Positions 51,902 through 62,744 are shown, counted from the first letter of the stretch. The stretch is 64,000 nt of DNA from Gemmatimonadota bacterium (GCA_026706345.1 JAPOYX010000026.1:1863-65862); one strand, 5' to 3'. Translations and numbers: made by a program. Notes: generated from the sequence alone by a model not told the origin.

Positions 51902-52714
51902 CTAGTTCATTCCGGCCGGCGCCGTCTTGTGGAAGGGGAAGGAACCGTTGAAGGGCCGGGGGCTGGAGACGTACCAGACGCCTTCGTACATGGGACAGGT
52001 CTGGTAGTGGCAGACCACGTTGCACCGCTCCATGCCATCGTCCTCTTTGGCTCCCTGGTGGGGGATGTGGCTGAGGAAGACCACGGCGTCGCCCGCCATG
52101 GGGCGCAGTACCACGTGTTCCTGGGCGTAACACCATTCCTCGAAGGCGACATGGTCTATCCGTGGATAGAGGTGGGGCGGTTCGGCGAGATGGCCGTTCT
52201 TGACGAATCTCAAATTGCCCTGTCCGGGGACGTTGTCCTGGAAATAGAAGGTCGTGTTCACGCTGCTGGGCTGAACCGCGAGGCGGCGTTTCTCCGTTTC
52301 CCGCTTCTCGTTCCAGTACCCGTAGAAGTCCATGTGCCATTCCTGGACGTAGGGTCCCGGATTGATGTGCGCCCTGAAGCTGCGGAGCTGGCACTGCTTG
52401 CCCATCATGGCATAGAGCAGCGGCGCCACGCTCGGATGGCCCACGAGGGGACTGAATATATCGGGTTCCCGGTCCAGCAGGGTGTCGAACCACATGTTGC
52501 CGACCGAGTTCAGTCCTTCCTCCCAACCTTGATCCTTCGCGTGGAATATGCGTGACCGCACCTGCTCGGTCTCCTCCGGGGACAGGGCGCCCTTGATCAG
52601 CACAAAACCGTCCCGCTCCAGTTGATCCAGCTTTTCGTTGAGATCCTTCACTACACCGCTCCTTGTATGTCTCTCACTGAGCCGTTCCCTGTACGTCTTC
52701 GCGAATTTCCTCAT
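51902..52714 (-). CDS. Phytanoyl-CoA dioxygenase (PhyH) family oxygenase
   Basis: 270 aa with a PhyH-like HxD...H (WHMDFYG ... FLSHIPHQG). Third paralog in the window. Confidence 0.65.
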   Translation of the reverse strand: MRKFAKTYRERLSERHTRSGVVKDLNEKLDQLERDGFVLIKGALSPEETEQVRSRIFHAKDQGWEEGLNSVGNMWFDTLLDREPDIFSPLVGHPSVAPLLYAMMGKQCQLRSFRAHINPGPYVQEWHMDFYGYWNEKRETEKRRLAVQPSSVNTTFYFQDNVPGQGNLRFVKNGHLAEPPHLYPRIDHVAFEEWCYAQEHVVLRPMAGDAVVFLSHIPHQGAKEDDGMERCNVVCHYQTCPMYEGVWYVSSPRPFNGSFPFHKTAPAGMN

Positions 52715-52872
52715 TCATCGGCGTGGCAGGCCATAGATGACCGGACCGGATGGTTCGATCTTCATCGGAAAACCATAATCACAGGGCGGGTTGCTGTCAA
52801 GCCATACGGAATGTGGTTCGCGTCCGCCGAGACGGGGCGGAAGCGCATCAAACACCGATTCGAGTCTCATGA

Positions 52873-54339
52873 TCAATCTTCGAATGGATAGAGGGGCCGG
52901 CGCCGGTACCGATAGGTGAACCTCCGCATGTCCGCCGTCGTGGCGCCGGGCGTGTCCACCCGTATCAGGCGCCTGCTCACGGGGGCGTAGGCCGCCGTCG
53001 GCGCGTGCACGCCCTTGGCGATCAGCACCTGAAAATCGACCGGGTCCAGGCCGATGCTGGTCATCATGCCCAGGCTCACGGGCACGGTACGCAGCGACGT
53101 CAGACTGACCGTCAGTCCGCTGTCCGCGGTCACCACTGCCGTCAACCCCATGTCGAAGGACGTTTTGCCGCCGTGGCGCACGGCCGATTCGGTGAAGCGT
53201 CCCTCGTGGATGCCCCGCACCCGCACCTCGGCCCGGATGGACGGGCCGTGCCGGTCGTCCGTCTTGCCTCCCATATTCAGGACGAGGCGCGCGCCGGTCC
53301 CCGCGCCAACGGCCTGTTCGACGCACCCGGGATCGTACAGGCAGAGGAAGGCATCGGCGCCTCCGCGATCCAGCAGTTCGTGGGCGATGAGCGTGCCGTC
53401 CGCGGCCGAGCCGCCGCCCACGTTGTCTCCCATGTCGAGCAGGCATACGGGACCCTCGCCTGCCAGCGCGGCGTCGACGGCATCGGGAATGGAGACGAAC
53501 TCGCCGACGAACTCGTCCCGGTGCGCCACCAGGTATCCGGCGAGATCGTCCGCGATGCGCCGGGCCAGGTCCGGGTCGCCATCGGTAACGGCAATGAACG
53601 CCGATCCCATCTCCGGCACGTCCGCGTAGGGAAAGCCGAGGACGATGCTGTCGGACAGGACGCCCGGCTCCTTCAGCCGCGCATCCGCCTTTTCGTAGAG
53701 GGGCAGGCAGGGCGGCGAGGAGGTGTCCTGGCGTTCGATGCCGATGGCCACCGCGGGGAAGGCGGCCGCCTGCACGGGGCGCACTTCCCCGCGCAGGGTC
53801 CGGTTCATGAGCGAAGCGGCTTCCAGGCCCCGCTGCTTCTGGTCCAGGTGCGGGTTGGTGCGGTAGGCGATGGTGGCGTCGCAGGCGGAAACCATGCGTT
53901 GCGAAAGGTTGGCGTGGGGATCTATGGTACAGATGATCGGAAGACCGGGTCCGACCTCCTTACGCAGCCGGGTAAGCCAGAACCCGTCCAGGTCGTGGTA
54001 GTCCGTCCCCTCGCCGGCGTTGGCGCCGTGGGGAGCGACCAGCAGGCCGTCGAGGGGTCCCGCGCCCGCGAGCTGCTCGAACATCATTTTGATCAGCGCG
54101 TCGCAGGTATCCCGCGTGATCCGGCCGGACGGCGGGGTGGACGCATAGAACAGCGGCACGGCGTCGATGCCGGCGTCGTCCAGGCCGTCCAGGAAGCCGC
54201 TGATCTCGTGGAAGCCGCCCCTGAATTGGTCGTTGACGGCTTCGCCCGTAAGGATCCCGTCCCGCCGGAACAGGTCGAGGGTCGTCGGCGTGTGGCTGAA
54301 CGTATTGGATTCGTGGATCAGCGAGAGGATGCCTACGCG
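52873..54339 (-). CDS. M81 family metallopeptidase (MlrC-like, DUF1485/DUF1446)
   Basis: Start region VRVGILSLIHESNTFSHTPT matches the MlrC N-terminus. A GTG start at 54339 with an AGGAG-like RBS upstream is preferred over the longer N-terminal extension in the ORF track. Confidence 0.65.
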   Translation of the reverse strand, partial: RVGILSLIHESNTFSHTPTTLDLFRRDGILTGEAVNDQFRGGFHEISGFLDGLDDAGIDAVPLFYASTPPSGRITRDTCDALIKMMFEQLAGAGPLDGLLVAPHGANAGEGTDYHDLDGFWLTRLRKEVGPGLPIICTIDPHANLSQRMVSACDATIAYRTNPHLDQKQRGLEAASLMNRTLRGEVRPVQAAAFPAVAIGIERQDTSSPPCLPLYEKADARLKEPGVLSDSIVLGFPYADVPEMGSAFIAVTDGDPDLARRIADDLAGYLVAHRDEFVGEFVSIPDAVDAALAGEGPVCLLDMGDNVGGGSAADGTLIAHELLDRGGADAFLCLYDPGCVEQAVGAGTGARLVLNMGGKTDDRHGPSIRAEVRVRGIHEGRFTESAVRHGGKTSFDMGLTAVVTADSGLTVSLTSLRTVPVSLGMMTSIGLDPVDFQVLIAKGVHAPTAAYAPVSRRLIRVDTPGATTADMRRFTYRYRRRPLYPFED

Positions 54340-54485
54340 CACGGATAAGCGCTCCTTAGACTGCGGATCACACTGACACGGACCGCACCTGACGCGGACC
54401 GCACTGACGCGGTCGCGAAGACCACGGATCGCAAAGGCCGCGGGTCGCGCGCCGGAAGCACGCCCGGGCGGCCCGGTCCGGTGGA

Positions 54486-55025
54486 TCACGACATCATGTG
54501 CTGGAAGGACTTCCTGAACTTGTCCACTTTCGGATCGATGACCATGAAACAGTAGGGTTGCCGGGGGTTGTTGCGATAGTAGTTGTGGTGATAAGCTTCG
54601 GCCTCGTAAAAATCCCGCAGGGGCTCGACCTCCGTGACGATCGGATCGCTCCAGAGGTCTGTAGCGTCCGTCTCCGCCTTCGAATACTCGGCAGCGCGCT
54701 TCTGCGCTTCGTCGTGGTACAGGATGATCGAACGATACTGGGTGCCGATGTCCCCGCCCTGGCGGTTGAGCGTGGTCGGATCGTGTATGCGCCAGAAGAT
54801 ATGCAGCAGATCCGCGTAGGAGATCACGGCCGGATCGAAGGTGATCCGCACGACCTCGGCATGGCCCGTCGCGCCGGTGCACACGGACTTGTAATCCGGG
54901 TCTGCCACGCTGCCGCCGGCATAGCCGGACACCACGCTCGAGACGCCTTTGACCTGCTGATAGATCGCTTCGAGACACCAGAAGCAACCTCCGCCCAGCG
55001 TTGCCGCCTGCGCCTGTTGTGTCAT
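54486..55025 (-). CDS. msrA: Peptide-methionine (S)-S-oxide reductase
   Basis: Catalytic motif GGGCFWCLEAIY. Start taken at MTQQAQAATLGGG. Confidence 0.85.
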   Translation of the reverse strand: MTQQAQAATLGGGCFWCLEAIYQQVKGVSSVVSGYAGGSVADPDYKSVCTGATGHAEVVRITFDPAVISYADLLHIFWRIHDPTTLNRQGGDIGTQYRSIILYHDEAQKRAAEYSKAETDATDLWSDPIVTEVEPLRDFYEAEAYHHNYYRNNPRQPYCFMVIDPKVDKFRKSFQHMMS

Positions 55026-55038
55026 GCTGCCATCCTCC

Positions 55039-55242
55039 TCAATCACGCGGATTCCGCGTAACACGCGTGTAGGTAAAAACGAAAATCGGTATCGCGAGGG
55101 CCAGGAAAATCCAGATCAGCACCCGGTCGTCCTCGATGATCCCGGTCATGGCCAGCAGCGTACTGACGCCCGCCGCTGGAATGGCCGCTGTGGCGGCGGA
55201 TACGGCCAAGCAGAACATGAGATCCTTGATCATGCGTTTCAT
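55039..55242 (-). CDS. Small membrane protein (67 aa), tentative
   Basis: MKRMIKDLMFCLAVSAATAAIPAAG...IWIFLALAIPIFVFTY forms two hydrophobic helices. Its start overlaps the stop of the upstream amidohydrolase. Confidence 0.35.
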   Translation of the reverse strand: MKRMIKDLMFCLAVSAATAAIPAAGVSTLLAMTGIIEDDRVLIWIFLALAIPIFVFTYTRVTRNPRD

Positions 55243-56546
55243 GAAACCGGCCGATTCACGTGTTTGCCGTCGACGTAATCCAGCAGATCCCGGGTGACCG
55301 CGCCGTCCGGTTCCCGGTCGAAGGTCGTCCTGAAGTCCCGCATCAGGCCGGACGGTTCGAACCGACGGCCTTCGCGCACGGTGCACGACACGTTTTCGAT
55401 ATCTTCGATCCGTTCGAGAGGATTCCCCTGCACCGCGACGAGGTCGGCCTGCCTTCCCGGCCTGACGGAACCGGTCCTTTCGTCAATGCCCAGCACCCGG
55501 GCGTTTATCGAAGTGGCCGACCGGAGCGCGTCCACGGCCGGAATGCCGGCATCCGTGTACATGGCGAGTTCGTCGTGCAGGCTCATCCCCGGTACGAGGT
55601 GGGGGAAGGGCGTATCGGTTCCCAGCGCGACCGTCACGCCCCGCTGATGGGCCCTGCGCAGGAACCGCTTCAGGTGCACCATGGCGCCCTGGTACCGCCA
55701 CCGGTGTTCCGCCGGTCCGAATCGGCTGAGGTACCGCTGCCATATATCGAGATGGCGGGGATGTACCCAGGCCCGCCGGGCATCGTGGTGGAAAGGCCGG
55801 TCCAGGATGCGGCCGAGCCGGTCCCAGACCACCAGGGTAGGGTCGATGATCACGTCCCGTTCCAAGAGCTGGTCGATCATGAGATCGTCTTCCACCTCGG
55901 ACGCCGCGCGCCAGGCCACGCCGCAGCCGGCCAGGTGCTCGAACTCGTCCAGCCCGTACCGCACGGCGTCTTCGGCGGACGTCGCCTGCAGATGGGCCAC
56001 TACGAATTTACCCGATTCATGGGCGGCGTCAACAGCCGCCTTCAGCAGGGAAGGGTCCACGCCCGCGTACAGCTTGATCTGGTCCACCCCGGCCTCCACG
56101 TGCCGGCGGACCGATTCGGCGATCTCCCCGGGCGTGCCGTGCGCACGGCCCAATTGGGGCCAGTAGACCCTGGGCCCGTCGAGGAGATGGCCGCAGCACA
56201 GGATGGCCGGCCCCGCGGAAAGGTCATTCGCGTGGCGCTCGCGCTCGCCGAGGATCCACGCCAGATCGTTGCCCACGTCGCGGACCGTGGTTACGCCCGC
56301 GGCCAGGAAGGCCAGGCCCATGACGGAACTGTAGTGGACGTGGGCGTCCATCAGGCCCGGCAGGAGTGTGCAGCCCGGCAGGGTTACGGACTCCATGTCA
56401 GCGGGGATTTCGGCGACGGGCAGCACCGCGTCGATGAGGCGGCCTCTGACCACTACGGCCACCCCGGACTGCGTCCCTTCGGAAACGCCGTCCCACACCC
56501 GGTCCGCGGCCAGCGCGTATGTGGCATTCCCCGTGTTGTTATTCAT
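55239..56546 (-). CDS. Amidohydrolase family metal-dependent hydrolase
   Basis: PGLMDAHVHY metal-binding motif and overall amidohydrolase layout. Confidence 0.75.
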   Translation of the reverse strand: MNNNTGNATYALAADRVWDGVSEGTQSGVAVVVRGRLIDAVLPVAEIPADMESVTLPGCTLLPGLMDAHVHYSSVMGLAFLAAGVTTVRDVGNDLAWILGERERHANDLSAGPAILCCGHLLDGPRVYWPQLGRAHGTPGEIAESVRRHVEAGVDQIKLYAGVDPSLLKAAVDAAHESGKFVVAHLQATSAEDAVRYGLDEFEHLAGCGVAWRAASEVEDDLMIDQLLERDVIIDPTLVVWDRLGRILDRPFHHDARRAWVHPRHLDIWQRYLSRFGPAEHRWRYQGAMVHLKRFLRRAHQRGVTVALGTDTPFPHLVPGMSLHDELAMYTDAGIPAVDALRSATSINARVLGIDERTGSVRPGRQADLVAVQGNPLERIEDIENVSCTVREGRRFEPSGLMRDFRTTFDREPDGAVTRDLLDYVDGKHVNRPVS

Positions 56547-56704
56547 CGCGGATTCCCGGTTGCCTTTCTTCGACGGGGTTGTGGCGGGACAGCCCTTTCC
56601 GCGGCGTCCGGCGCACTATAAATCCCTTGCCCGGAGCGCGTTCCGGCCTTTACTTGATCCCATCGGTAATATCTAATGTCACCGTGGTTTCTGTCAAAGG
56701 GCTA

Positions 56705-56968
56705 ATGTCCATTCCCCTGTACATCGGCTGGCAACGCATCCTGGACGGCCAGGGTATCGGCATCGCCTTCACCGGCATGTTCATCGTGTTCCTGGCCCTC
56801 GCCGCGATCAGCCTCTGCATTGCCTTGCTGCCGAAGGTCATGGCTGCGATCGGGGATGTTCTCCCTGAACGGCCGCACAATCCCACCGAACCGGAATCCT
56901 CGCACGACGACGAAGCCGTGGCCGCGGCGGTCGGATTCGCGCTCGACGAAAAAAACAATAACCGGTAA
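56705..56968 (+). CDS. oadG: Oxaloacetate decarboxylase gamma subunit (OadG-like small membrane subunit)
   Basis: 87 aa with a single TM (IAFTGMFIVFLALAAISLCIALL) followed by an acidic tail. It sits immediately upstream of the beta and alpha subunits. Confidence 0.65.
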   Translation: MSIPLYIGWQRILDGQGIGIAFTGMFIVFLALAAISLCIALLPKVMAAIGDVLPERPHNPTEPESSHDDEAVAAAVGFALDEKNNNR

Positions 56969-56990
56969 TCAGGCCATGCGGGCGGATTAG

Positions 56991-58121
56991 ATGACGATAC
57001 TGTATGACTTTCTGTCGGCTTCCGGCCTGGCCGCGGCGACGTGGGGCCATGGCGTGATGATCCTGATCGGCGTGGTCATGATCATGCTCGCGATCGCCCG
57101 CCGTTACGAGCCGCTACTGCTGGTGCCCATCGGCTTCGGCATCATGCTGGGCAACATCCCCATGATGGAAGGCGACGGCCACGGGGTATACGATGAAGGA
57201 AGCGTACTTTACTATATCTATTTCGGCGTCAGGGAAGGGGTCTTCCCGCCCCTGATCTTCCTGGGGATCGGGGCCATGACCGATTTCTCGGCCCTGCTGT
57301 CCAGTCCGCGGCTCGTCCTCCTGGGCGCCGCGGCGCAGATCGGCATCTTCCTGACCCTGCTGGGCGCCATGGCCATCGGCTTCACGCCGGCGGAATCAGG
57401 CGCCATCGCCATCATCGGCGGCGCGGACGGTCCCACGGCCATTTTCCTGTCGTCGAAACTGGCGCCCCACCTGCTATCCATGATCGCGATCGCGTCGTAT
57501 TCCTACATGGCCCTGGTTCCCATCATCCAGCCGCCCATCATGCGGCTGTTTACGACGCGACAGGAACGGCTCATCCGCATGGCGCCGCCCCGCGCGGTTT
57601 CGCGGCGGGAGAAGATCATCTTCCCCATCGTCGCCTTTTTCGTCGCGGCGATGATCGCACCGGATTCTGTCGTGCTGGTGGGTATGCTCTTTTTCGGAAA
57701 CCTGCTCAAGGAATGCGGCATGACGGAAAGGCTGGCAAACACCGCCCGCACGTCGATGATAGACATCGTTACGATCCTGCTGGGCTTCTCGGTCGGCGCC
57801 AGCACCCAGGCGAAGGCTTTTCTCTCGCTGGAGTCGCTCTTCATCTTCGCCCTGGGCGTGATCTCCTTCTGCATCGCGACGGCCGGTGGCGTGCTCTTCG
57901 CCAAGGGCATGAACCTGTTTACGAAAGACAAGATCAACCCGCTAATCGGGGCGGCGGGGGTTTCCGCCGTGCCCATGGCAGCGCGGGTGGCCCAGGTGGA
58001 AGCGCACCGCGAGGACCCGCAGAACTTCCTGTTGTTCCACGCCATGGCGCCCAACGTGGCGGGCGTTCTCGGATCCGCCATCGCGGCGGGCATACTCTGG
58101 TCGGTGCTCGTGGGCGCATAA
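56991..58121 (+). CDS. oadB: Sodium ion-translocating decarboxylase beta subunit
   Basis: 376-aa polytopic membrane protein with an OadB-like conserved stretch (IIGGADGPTAIFLSSKLAPHLL). Confidence 0.8.
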   Translation: MTILYDFLSASGLAAATWGHGVMILIGVVMIMLAIARRYEPLLLVPIGFGIMLGNIPMMEGDGHGVYDEGSVLYYIYFGVREGVFPPLIFLGIGAMTDFSALLSSPRLVLLGAAAQIGIFLTLLGAMAIGFTPAESGAIAIIGGADGPTAIFLSSKLAPHLLSMIAIASYSYMALVPIIQPPIMRLFTTRQERLIRMAPPRAVSRREKIIFPIVAFFVAAMIAPDSVVLVGMLFFGNLLKECGMTERLANTARTSMIDIVTILLGFSVGASTQAKAFLSLESLFIFALGVISFCIATAGGVLFAKGMNLFTKDKINPLIGAAGVSAVPMAARVAQVEAHREDPQNFLLFHAMAPNVAGVLGSAIAAGILWSVLVGA

Positions 58122-58136
58122 CTAAAGGAACCAATC

Positions 58137-59948
58137 GTGAAGAAGAAAGTCAATTTCATGTGCACCACGTTCCGGGACGGATTCCAGTCCGTTTACGGCG
58201 CACGCGTATTCACCCGGGACTTCCTGCCCGCCGTGGAAGCGGCGCGTAACGCGGGAATCGATTACTTCGAGGCGGGCGGCGGCGCCCTGTTCCAGTCGCC
58301 CTATTTCTACTGCAACGAAGACGCCTTCGAACGGATGGACGCCATACGGGAAGCCGTGGGACCCGAGGCCAACCTGCAGACGCTGTCCCGGGGCGTCAAC
58401 GTGGTCGGGCTGGATTCGCAGCCCAGCGACATCATCCGGCTGCACGCGCAGTTATTTAAAAAACACGGCATGACGACCATCCGGAACTTCGACGCCCTGA
58501 ACGACGTGGAGAACTTGGTGCACAGCGGCCGGTGCATCACGGAGGCCGGTCTCAGGCACCAGGTGTGCGTTACCGTCATGGAACTGCCGCCGGGATGCTC
58601 GGGCGCCCACGACGCGGCGTTCTACACGGAAACGTTGAGGAAGATCCTCGACGCCGACATTCCCTTCGACTCGGTGTGTTTCAAGGACGCCTCGGGCACG
58701 GCTGTTCCCTCCAAGGCGTACGATTCCGTCAAGGCCGCCCGGAAGCTGCTGCCCGAGGGTACCTGGATCCATTACCATACCCACGATACCTCCGGCATCG
58801 CGGTGGCGGCGTACCAGGCGGCGCTCGAGGCCGGCGCCGACGCCATCGACCTGGCCTTCGCGCCAGTGTCGGGGGGCACCTCCCAGCCGGACATCCTCGT
58901 CATGTGGCACGCGCTTCGCGGCACCGATTACGACCTGGACATAGATCCCGACGGCGTGCGGGAAGCTGCGGAACTCCTGAAGGAATGCATGGCGGACTAT
59001 TTCCTGCCTCCCGAGGCCGTGGCCGTCGAACCCCTGCTCCCCTGGAGCCCCATGCCGGGCGGGGCCCTGACCGCCAACACGCAGATGCTCCGGGACAACG
59101 GGATCATGGACCGCTATCCGGCCATCATCAAGGCCATGAGCGAGGTCGTGGAGAAGGGCGGGTACGGCACGTCGGTCACGCCGGTATCCCAGTTCTATTT
59201 CCAGCAGGCCTTCAATAACGTGATGATCGGACCGTGGAAGAAGATCGCGGAAGACTACGGCCGGATGGTCCTGGGCTATTTCGGCAGGACGCCCGTGCCT
59301 CCGGATCCGGTCGTCGTGAACATCGCGTCGGAACAGCTTGGCCTGCCGCCCAACAGACGGCCGGTACTGGAACTCAACGACAGCGATCCCAAGAAGGGCG
59401 TCGAGGCGGCGCGCGGCGTGCTGAAGGAAGCCGGGATCGAAGATACGGACGAGAACGTCTTCATCGTCGCGGCATGCGGCGAACGGGGACTGGCCTTCCT
59501 GAAGGGCGAGGGGTTCATAGGGGTCCGCAAGAAGACTCCGGCAGACCAGGAGGCGCTGCAGGAGGACGCGCTGTCTTCGACGGACGGCCCCCGCGGATAC
59601 CAGGTGACCGTCAACGGCAGGAGTTACGCGCTGCGCATCGAAGGAAAGACGGCCATCGTGAACGGAAAAGCCTATGAAGTCGACCTGCAGCCCGATATGT
59701 CCGAGGCCGCGACAGAGGCGGCGGAACGCGCCGGGACCACGCCGGTCATCGCGCCGATCCCGGGGAAAGTGCTCAAGGTGGCGGTCTCCCCCGGACAGAC
59801 CGTAGAGGAAGGAGACGTCATCGTGGTCCTGGAAGCCATGAAAATGGAAATGCAGGTCACCGCCGACGTCAGCGGGACCGTGACCCATGTCTCCATAAAC
59901 CCGGGCGTCCAGGTGATCGCGGGCCAGACGCTGGCCTATCTGGGTTGA
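58137..59948 (+). CDS. oadA: Oxaloacetate decarboxylase alpha subunit (carboxyltransferase plus biotinyl domain)
   Basis: N-terminal carboxyltransferase (TTFRDGFQS, HTHDTSG). C-terminal biotin carrier motif LEAMKMEMQV. Confidence 0.85.
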   Translation: MKKKVNFMCTTFRDGFQSVYGARVFTRDFLPAVEAARNAGIDYFEAGGGALFQSPYFYCNEDAFERMDAIREAVGPEANLQTLSRGVNVVGLDSQPSDIIRLHAQLFKKHGMTTIRNFDALNDVENLVHSGRCITEAGLRHQVCVTVMELPPGCSGAHDAAFYTETLRKILDADIPFDSVCFKDASGTAVPSKAYDSVKAARKLLPEGTWIHYHTHDTSGIAVAAYQAALEAGADAIDLAFAPVSGGTSQPDILVMWHALRGTDYDLDIDPDGVREAAELLKECMADYFLPPEAVAVEPLLPWSPMPGGALTANTQMLRDNGIMDRYPAIIKAMSEVVEKGGYGTSVTPVSQFYFQQAFNNVMIGPWKKIAEDYGRMVLGYFGRTPVPPDPVVVNIASEQLGLPPNRRPVLELNDSDPKKGVEAARGVLKEAGIEDTDENVFIVAACGERGLAFLKGEGFIGVRKKTPADQEALQEDALSSTDGPRGYQVTVNGRSYALRIEGKTAIVNGKAYEVDLQPDMSEAATEAAERAGTTPVIAPIPGKVLKVAVSPGQTVEEGDVIVVLEAMKMEMQVTADVSGTVTHVSINPGVQVIAGQTLAYLG

Positions 59949-61099
59949 TGCTCTCCGCGACGGGTCCATGGCTGGAGCGTCGAATGACCGGATTCCTCTT
60001 ACACCGCATCCGGATTGAAAAGTGCTCCGTGAACGCGGCTCGCGTGCTGCGCCCGGCGGTCGTCTTCAGCCTGTTGTTCCTCGCCTTGCCCGTCTCCTCC
60101 CAGACCCCGGCCCCGGCCACCGGCCCCTTCATGCAGCGGGACCAGTTCCCCGTGAGGATGCTGTTCCTGGGTCTGCGTCCCGAGGGCGGAGACCTCCTTC
60201 CGCGGAGATCGTTCCAGTGGGCGGTTCAATTCGACTACGCCAATACCTACGCGAGCACTCTTCCCGTGGGCGACACCCTGATAGCTGACGACTACTACCA
60301 GGCCGCGCCGGCGGACGAATACCGGCTGTTCGTGGATACGGAATCCCTGCGCCTGTCGGTGGATCTGGACTGGCGGATCGCGTCGCGGCTGCAGATAGGC
60401 GCGACCATGCCTTTTCTCAAGCACGGCGGTGGCTTTCTGGACGGCGTGGTGGAGGGGTTTCACGGCATGTTCAACCTGTCCAACGGGGGCCGGGAGTGGG
60501 CGCCCAGGAACGACTATGGCGTTTTCGTCGTGCGCAACCGCCGTTTCTGGATCAAGAGCGTGGAGTCCGCCTCCTTCCGGCCGGGAGACCTCGTAGTACG
60601 GATGAAGACGCCGTTGAACGTCGGCGGCGAGGAACTCAACCTGGCCCTTGCCGGCGCCGTGAAGCTGCCCACGGGCAGCCTGGAAACGCTGACCGGGAGC
60701 GGGGGATGGGATTTCCAGGCGGCGTTGTTCGCAACCTGGCGGCCGGAGCGGCCGAAACAGGGCATGGTCTTTCACGCCAACCTCGCCCACAGCCGGCTGG
60801 GCAGGCCTACCCTGGGCGAGGGGTTCCCCCTCCGGTCCATCACGACGCTCGTGCTGGCCTTCGAATACCGGACCACGGGCCGGCTCGCCGTGCTGGTCCA
60901 GACGCAGGTAAACATCGGCCCCTTTCCCGGCAGCAGGCTGGGCCCCTTGAACCGCACGGCCATCGAGGCGACCGCCGGCGTGCGGTATGCCATGTCTGAA
61001 TCGCTGTCGCTCGATTTGGGCCTGACCGAGAATCTCAGCCAGTACCAGAACACCCCCGACGTGGGGCTCCACGTTGGAATCGTGTGGCGGACGCCCTAG
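59945..61099 (+). CDS. Hypothetical secreted/outer-membrane protein
   Basis: Signal-peptide-like VVFSLLFLALPVSSQ, with the remainder rich in alternating beta-strand-like segments. No motif recognised. Confidence 0.4.
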   Translation: MMLSATGPWLERRMTGFLLHRIRIEKCSVNAARVLRPAVVFSLLFLALPVSSQTPAPATGPFMQRDQFPVRMLFLGLRPEGGDLLPRRSFQWAVQFDYANTYASTLPVGDTLIADDYYQAAPADEYRLFVDTESLRLSVDLDWRIASRLQIGATMPFLKHGGGFLDGVVEGFHGMFNLSNGGREWAPRNDYGVFVVRNRRFWIKSVESASFRPGDLVVRMKTPLNVGGEELNLALAGAVKLPTGSLETLTGSGGWDFQAALFATWRPERPKQGMVFHANLAHSRLGRPTLGEGFPLRSITTLVLAFEYRTTGRLAVLVQTQVNIGPFPGSRLGPLNRTAIEATAGVRYAMSESLSLDLGLTENLSQYQNTPDVGLHVGIVWRTP

Positions 61100-61122
61100 C
61101 GGCCGCCACATAGGGAGTCATC

Positions 61123-62346
61123 ATGCAAAACACGTATAGACGGTTGCTTTTCAACGCGCATGGGCGGTTGGGTGTGATCGACCTGGACAACACCGCGACC
61201 ACGGCTGTTCTCGATGTCGCCGGGAGCCCGGTCCACCAGGACGCTGCCGCGACCACGGCTGGTACGCGAGTCTGGTACCCGGATCCGGATGTTCCAGGCA
61301 TGGCCAGTTGGAGGTGGGGCCCCCTGTTCGCGGACCGGCGCAGGGTGATCCTGTCCAGCTACGAACCCGGCAAGGCCTGGGAAGGCAACGTGCGGGTCCA
61401 TCTCTGGATATACGACCTGGAGGAAGACCGCGTGCTGGAGGAGATCGCCCTGAAGAACCGGCCCGCGCCGTTCATGGGGTGCACCCATATCCTGCCCGGG
61501 GAAGAGCGGCTCGTGGTGAACCCGATCATCGACGGGAAACAGCGCATCTGGACCATGGACCTGGACGGATCCGACCCGCGGGAGATCACGGGCGCCGACG
61601 ACGGGTTCGTCTACTGCGTCCAGATCAGCCCGGACGGTCGAAGGTTCGCCTACCATTCGACCATGCTGGAAGGGCGGGACAGCTACTGCATATTCGTTTC
61701 GGATCTGGACGGAGTAAACCGGGTGGAGGTCGCGGCAGCGCAGGGGCACCTGTACTTCGGTCCCATGTGGTCGCCGGACGGGCAATGGCTGATCTACCAG
61801 GACTGCCACTATCCCGATGATCCGGGACACGACTGGGCCGATTTGTGTCTGGGCGGTCCGGACGGCCCCGACGGCGCGACGCACCAGAAGGTCACGACGG
61901 GTCAGCGCCAGTGGTTCGCCACGTCTTACGGCAACCCGGAAACCCGGGGCGGCGGATCCAATATCGCCCAGTGGACCCCGGATGGGAGCAAGGTCACCTA
62001 CACCCGCGCGGAACCCGGATCCCGGACGGCCTGGCCGTACCAGGCCCAAAGGCCGGATACCGATCACTTCAACCGGGACTACTACCCGGAAGACGCCCGC
62101 GGCGGCACCGCCATCTGCCTGCTCGACCCCTTCACGGGCGAGGAATCGGAGTTCATACCCTATGAACCCCGCGTCTGGAACTTCCGGTCGGCCTGGTCGC
62201 CGGACGGTTCCGTGTTCGCCTTCTGTCGCGCCGAAGTGGGATCGCCGAGCGGCATCTGGCTGGTCGATACCGACGGCGGCAATGCGCACATGCTGACGGA
62301 CGGATACGAACACCTGGGCGCGGATCACCCGGTGTGGGTGGGGTGA
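61123..62346 (+). CDS. TolB-like beta-propeller repeat protein
   Basis: Repeated SPDG-containing blades (ISPDGRRFAY, WSPDGQWLIY, WTPDGSKVTY, WSPDGSVFAF). Confidence 0.65.
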   Translation: MQNTYRRLLFNAHGRLGVIDLDNTATTAVLDVAGSPVHQDAAATTAGTRVWYPDPDVPGMASWRWGPLFADRRRVILSSYEPGKAWEGNVRVHLWIYDLEEDRVLEEIALKNRPAPFMGCTHILPGEERLVVNPIIDGKQRIWTMDLDGSDPREITGADDGFVYCVQISPDGRRFAYHSTMLEGRDSYCIFVSDLDGVNRVEVAAAQGHLYFGPMWSPDGQWLIYQDCHYPDDPGHDWADLCLGGPDGPDGATHQKVTTGQRQWFATSYGNPETRGGGSNIAQWTPDGSKVTYTRAEPGSRTAWPYQAQRPDTDHFNRDYYPEDARGGTAICLLDPFTGEESEFIPYEPRVWNFRSAWSPDGSVFAFCRAEVGSPSGIWLVDTDGGNAHMLTDGYEHLGADHPVWVG

Positions 62347-62399
62347 TAGAGACGACGCGCAGTGGAACCCCACCGGGAGTCGGCCAATCGGACAGGGCA

Positions 62400-62744
62400 C
62401 TAGGGCAGGCCGTCAATTCTCCAGCGGGAAGTGCCGGGTATCTTGCTTGCGCTAAAGGCGTTCAGGTTAAGGCCGGTTCCAGCACATAGGCCGCCGACAC
62501 AACCGAAACCGTCATCCCTGACTTCAAACGCAGCCCCGCCGAACGAACAGCTCTCGCCAGGTCCTAATACCAACCCCACGGTACACGCCGGTCTTGATGT
62601 TGGTGCTGGTGTGGTTGGTGAGGTTGGCGCTGATGGTTCTGTTACCGACGGAGACATCGGATTGTCATCTCCTCCACAAGCATACAGTCCAACGGCGATG
62701 AATATGATGGTAGCAAACAACCGGCATTCAGTTGGAATCTTCAT
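62400..62744 (-). CDS. Putative small lipoprotein
   Basis: N-terminal signal peptide with lipobox LYAC, then a Pro/Thr-rich linker and a Gly/Cys-rich domain. Confidence 0.4.
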   Translation of the reverse strand: MKIPTECRLFATIIFIAVGLYACGGDDNPMSPSVTEPSAPTSPTTPAPTSRPACTVGLVLGPGESCSFGGAAFEVRDDGFGCVGGLCAGTGLNLNAFSASKIPGTSRWRIDGLP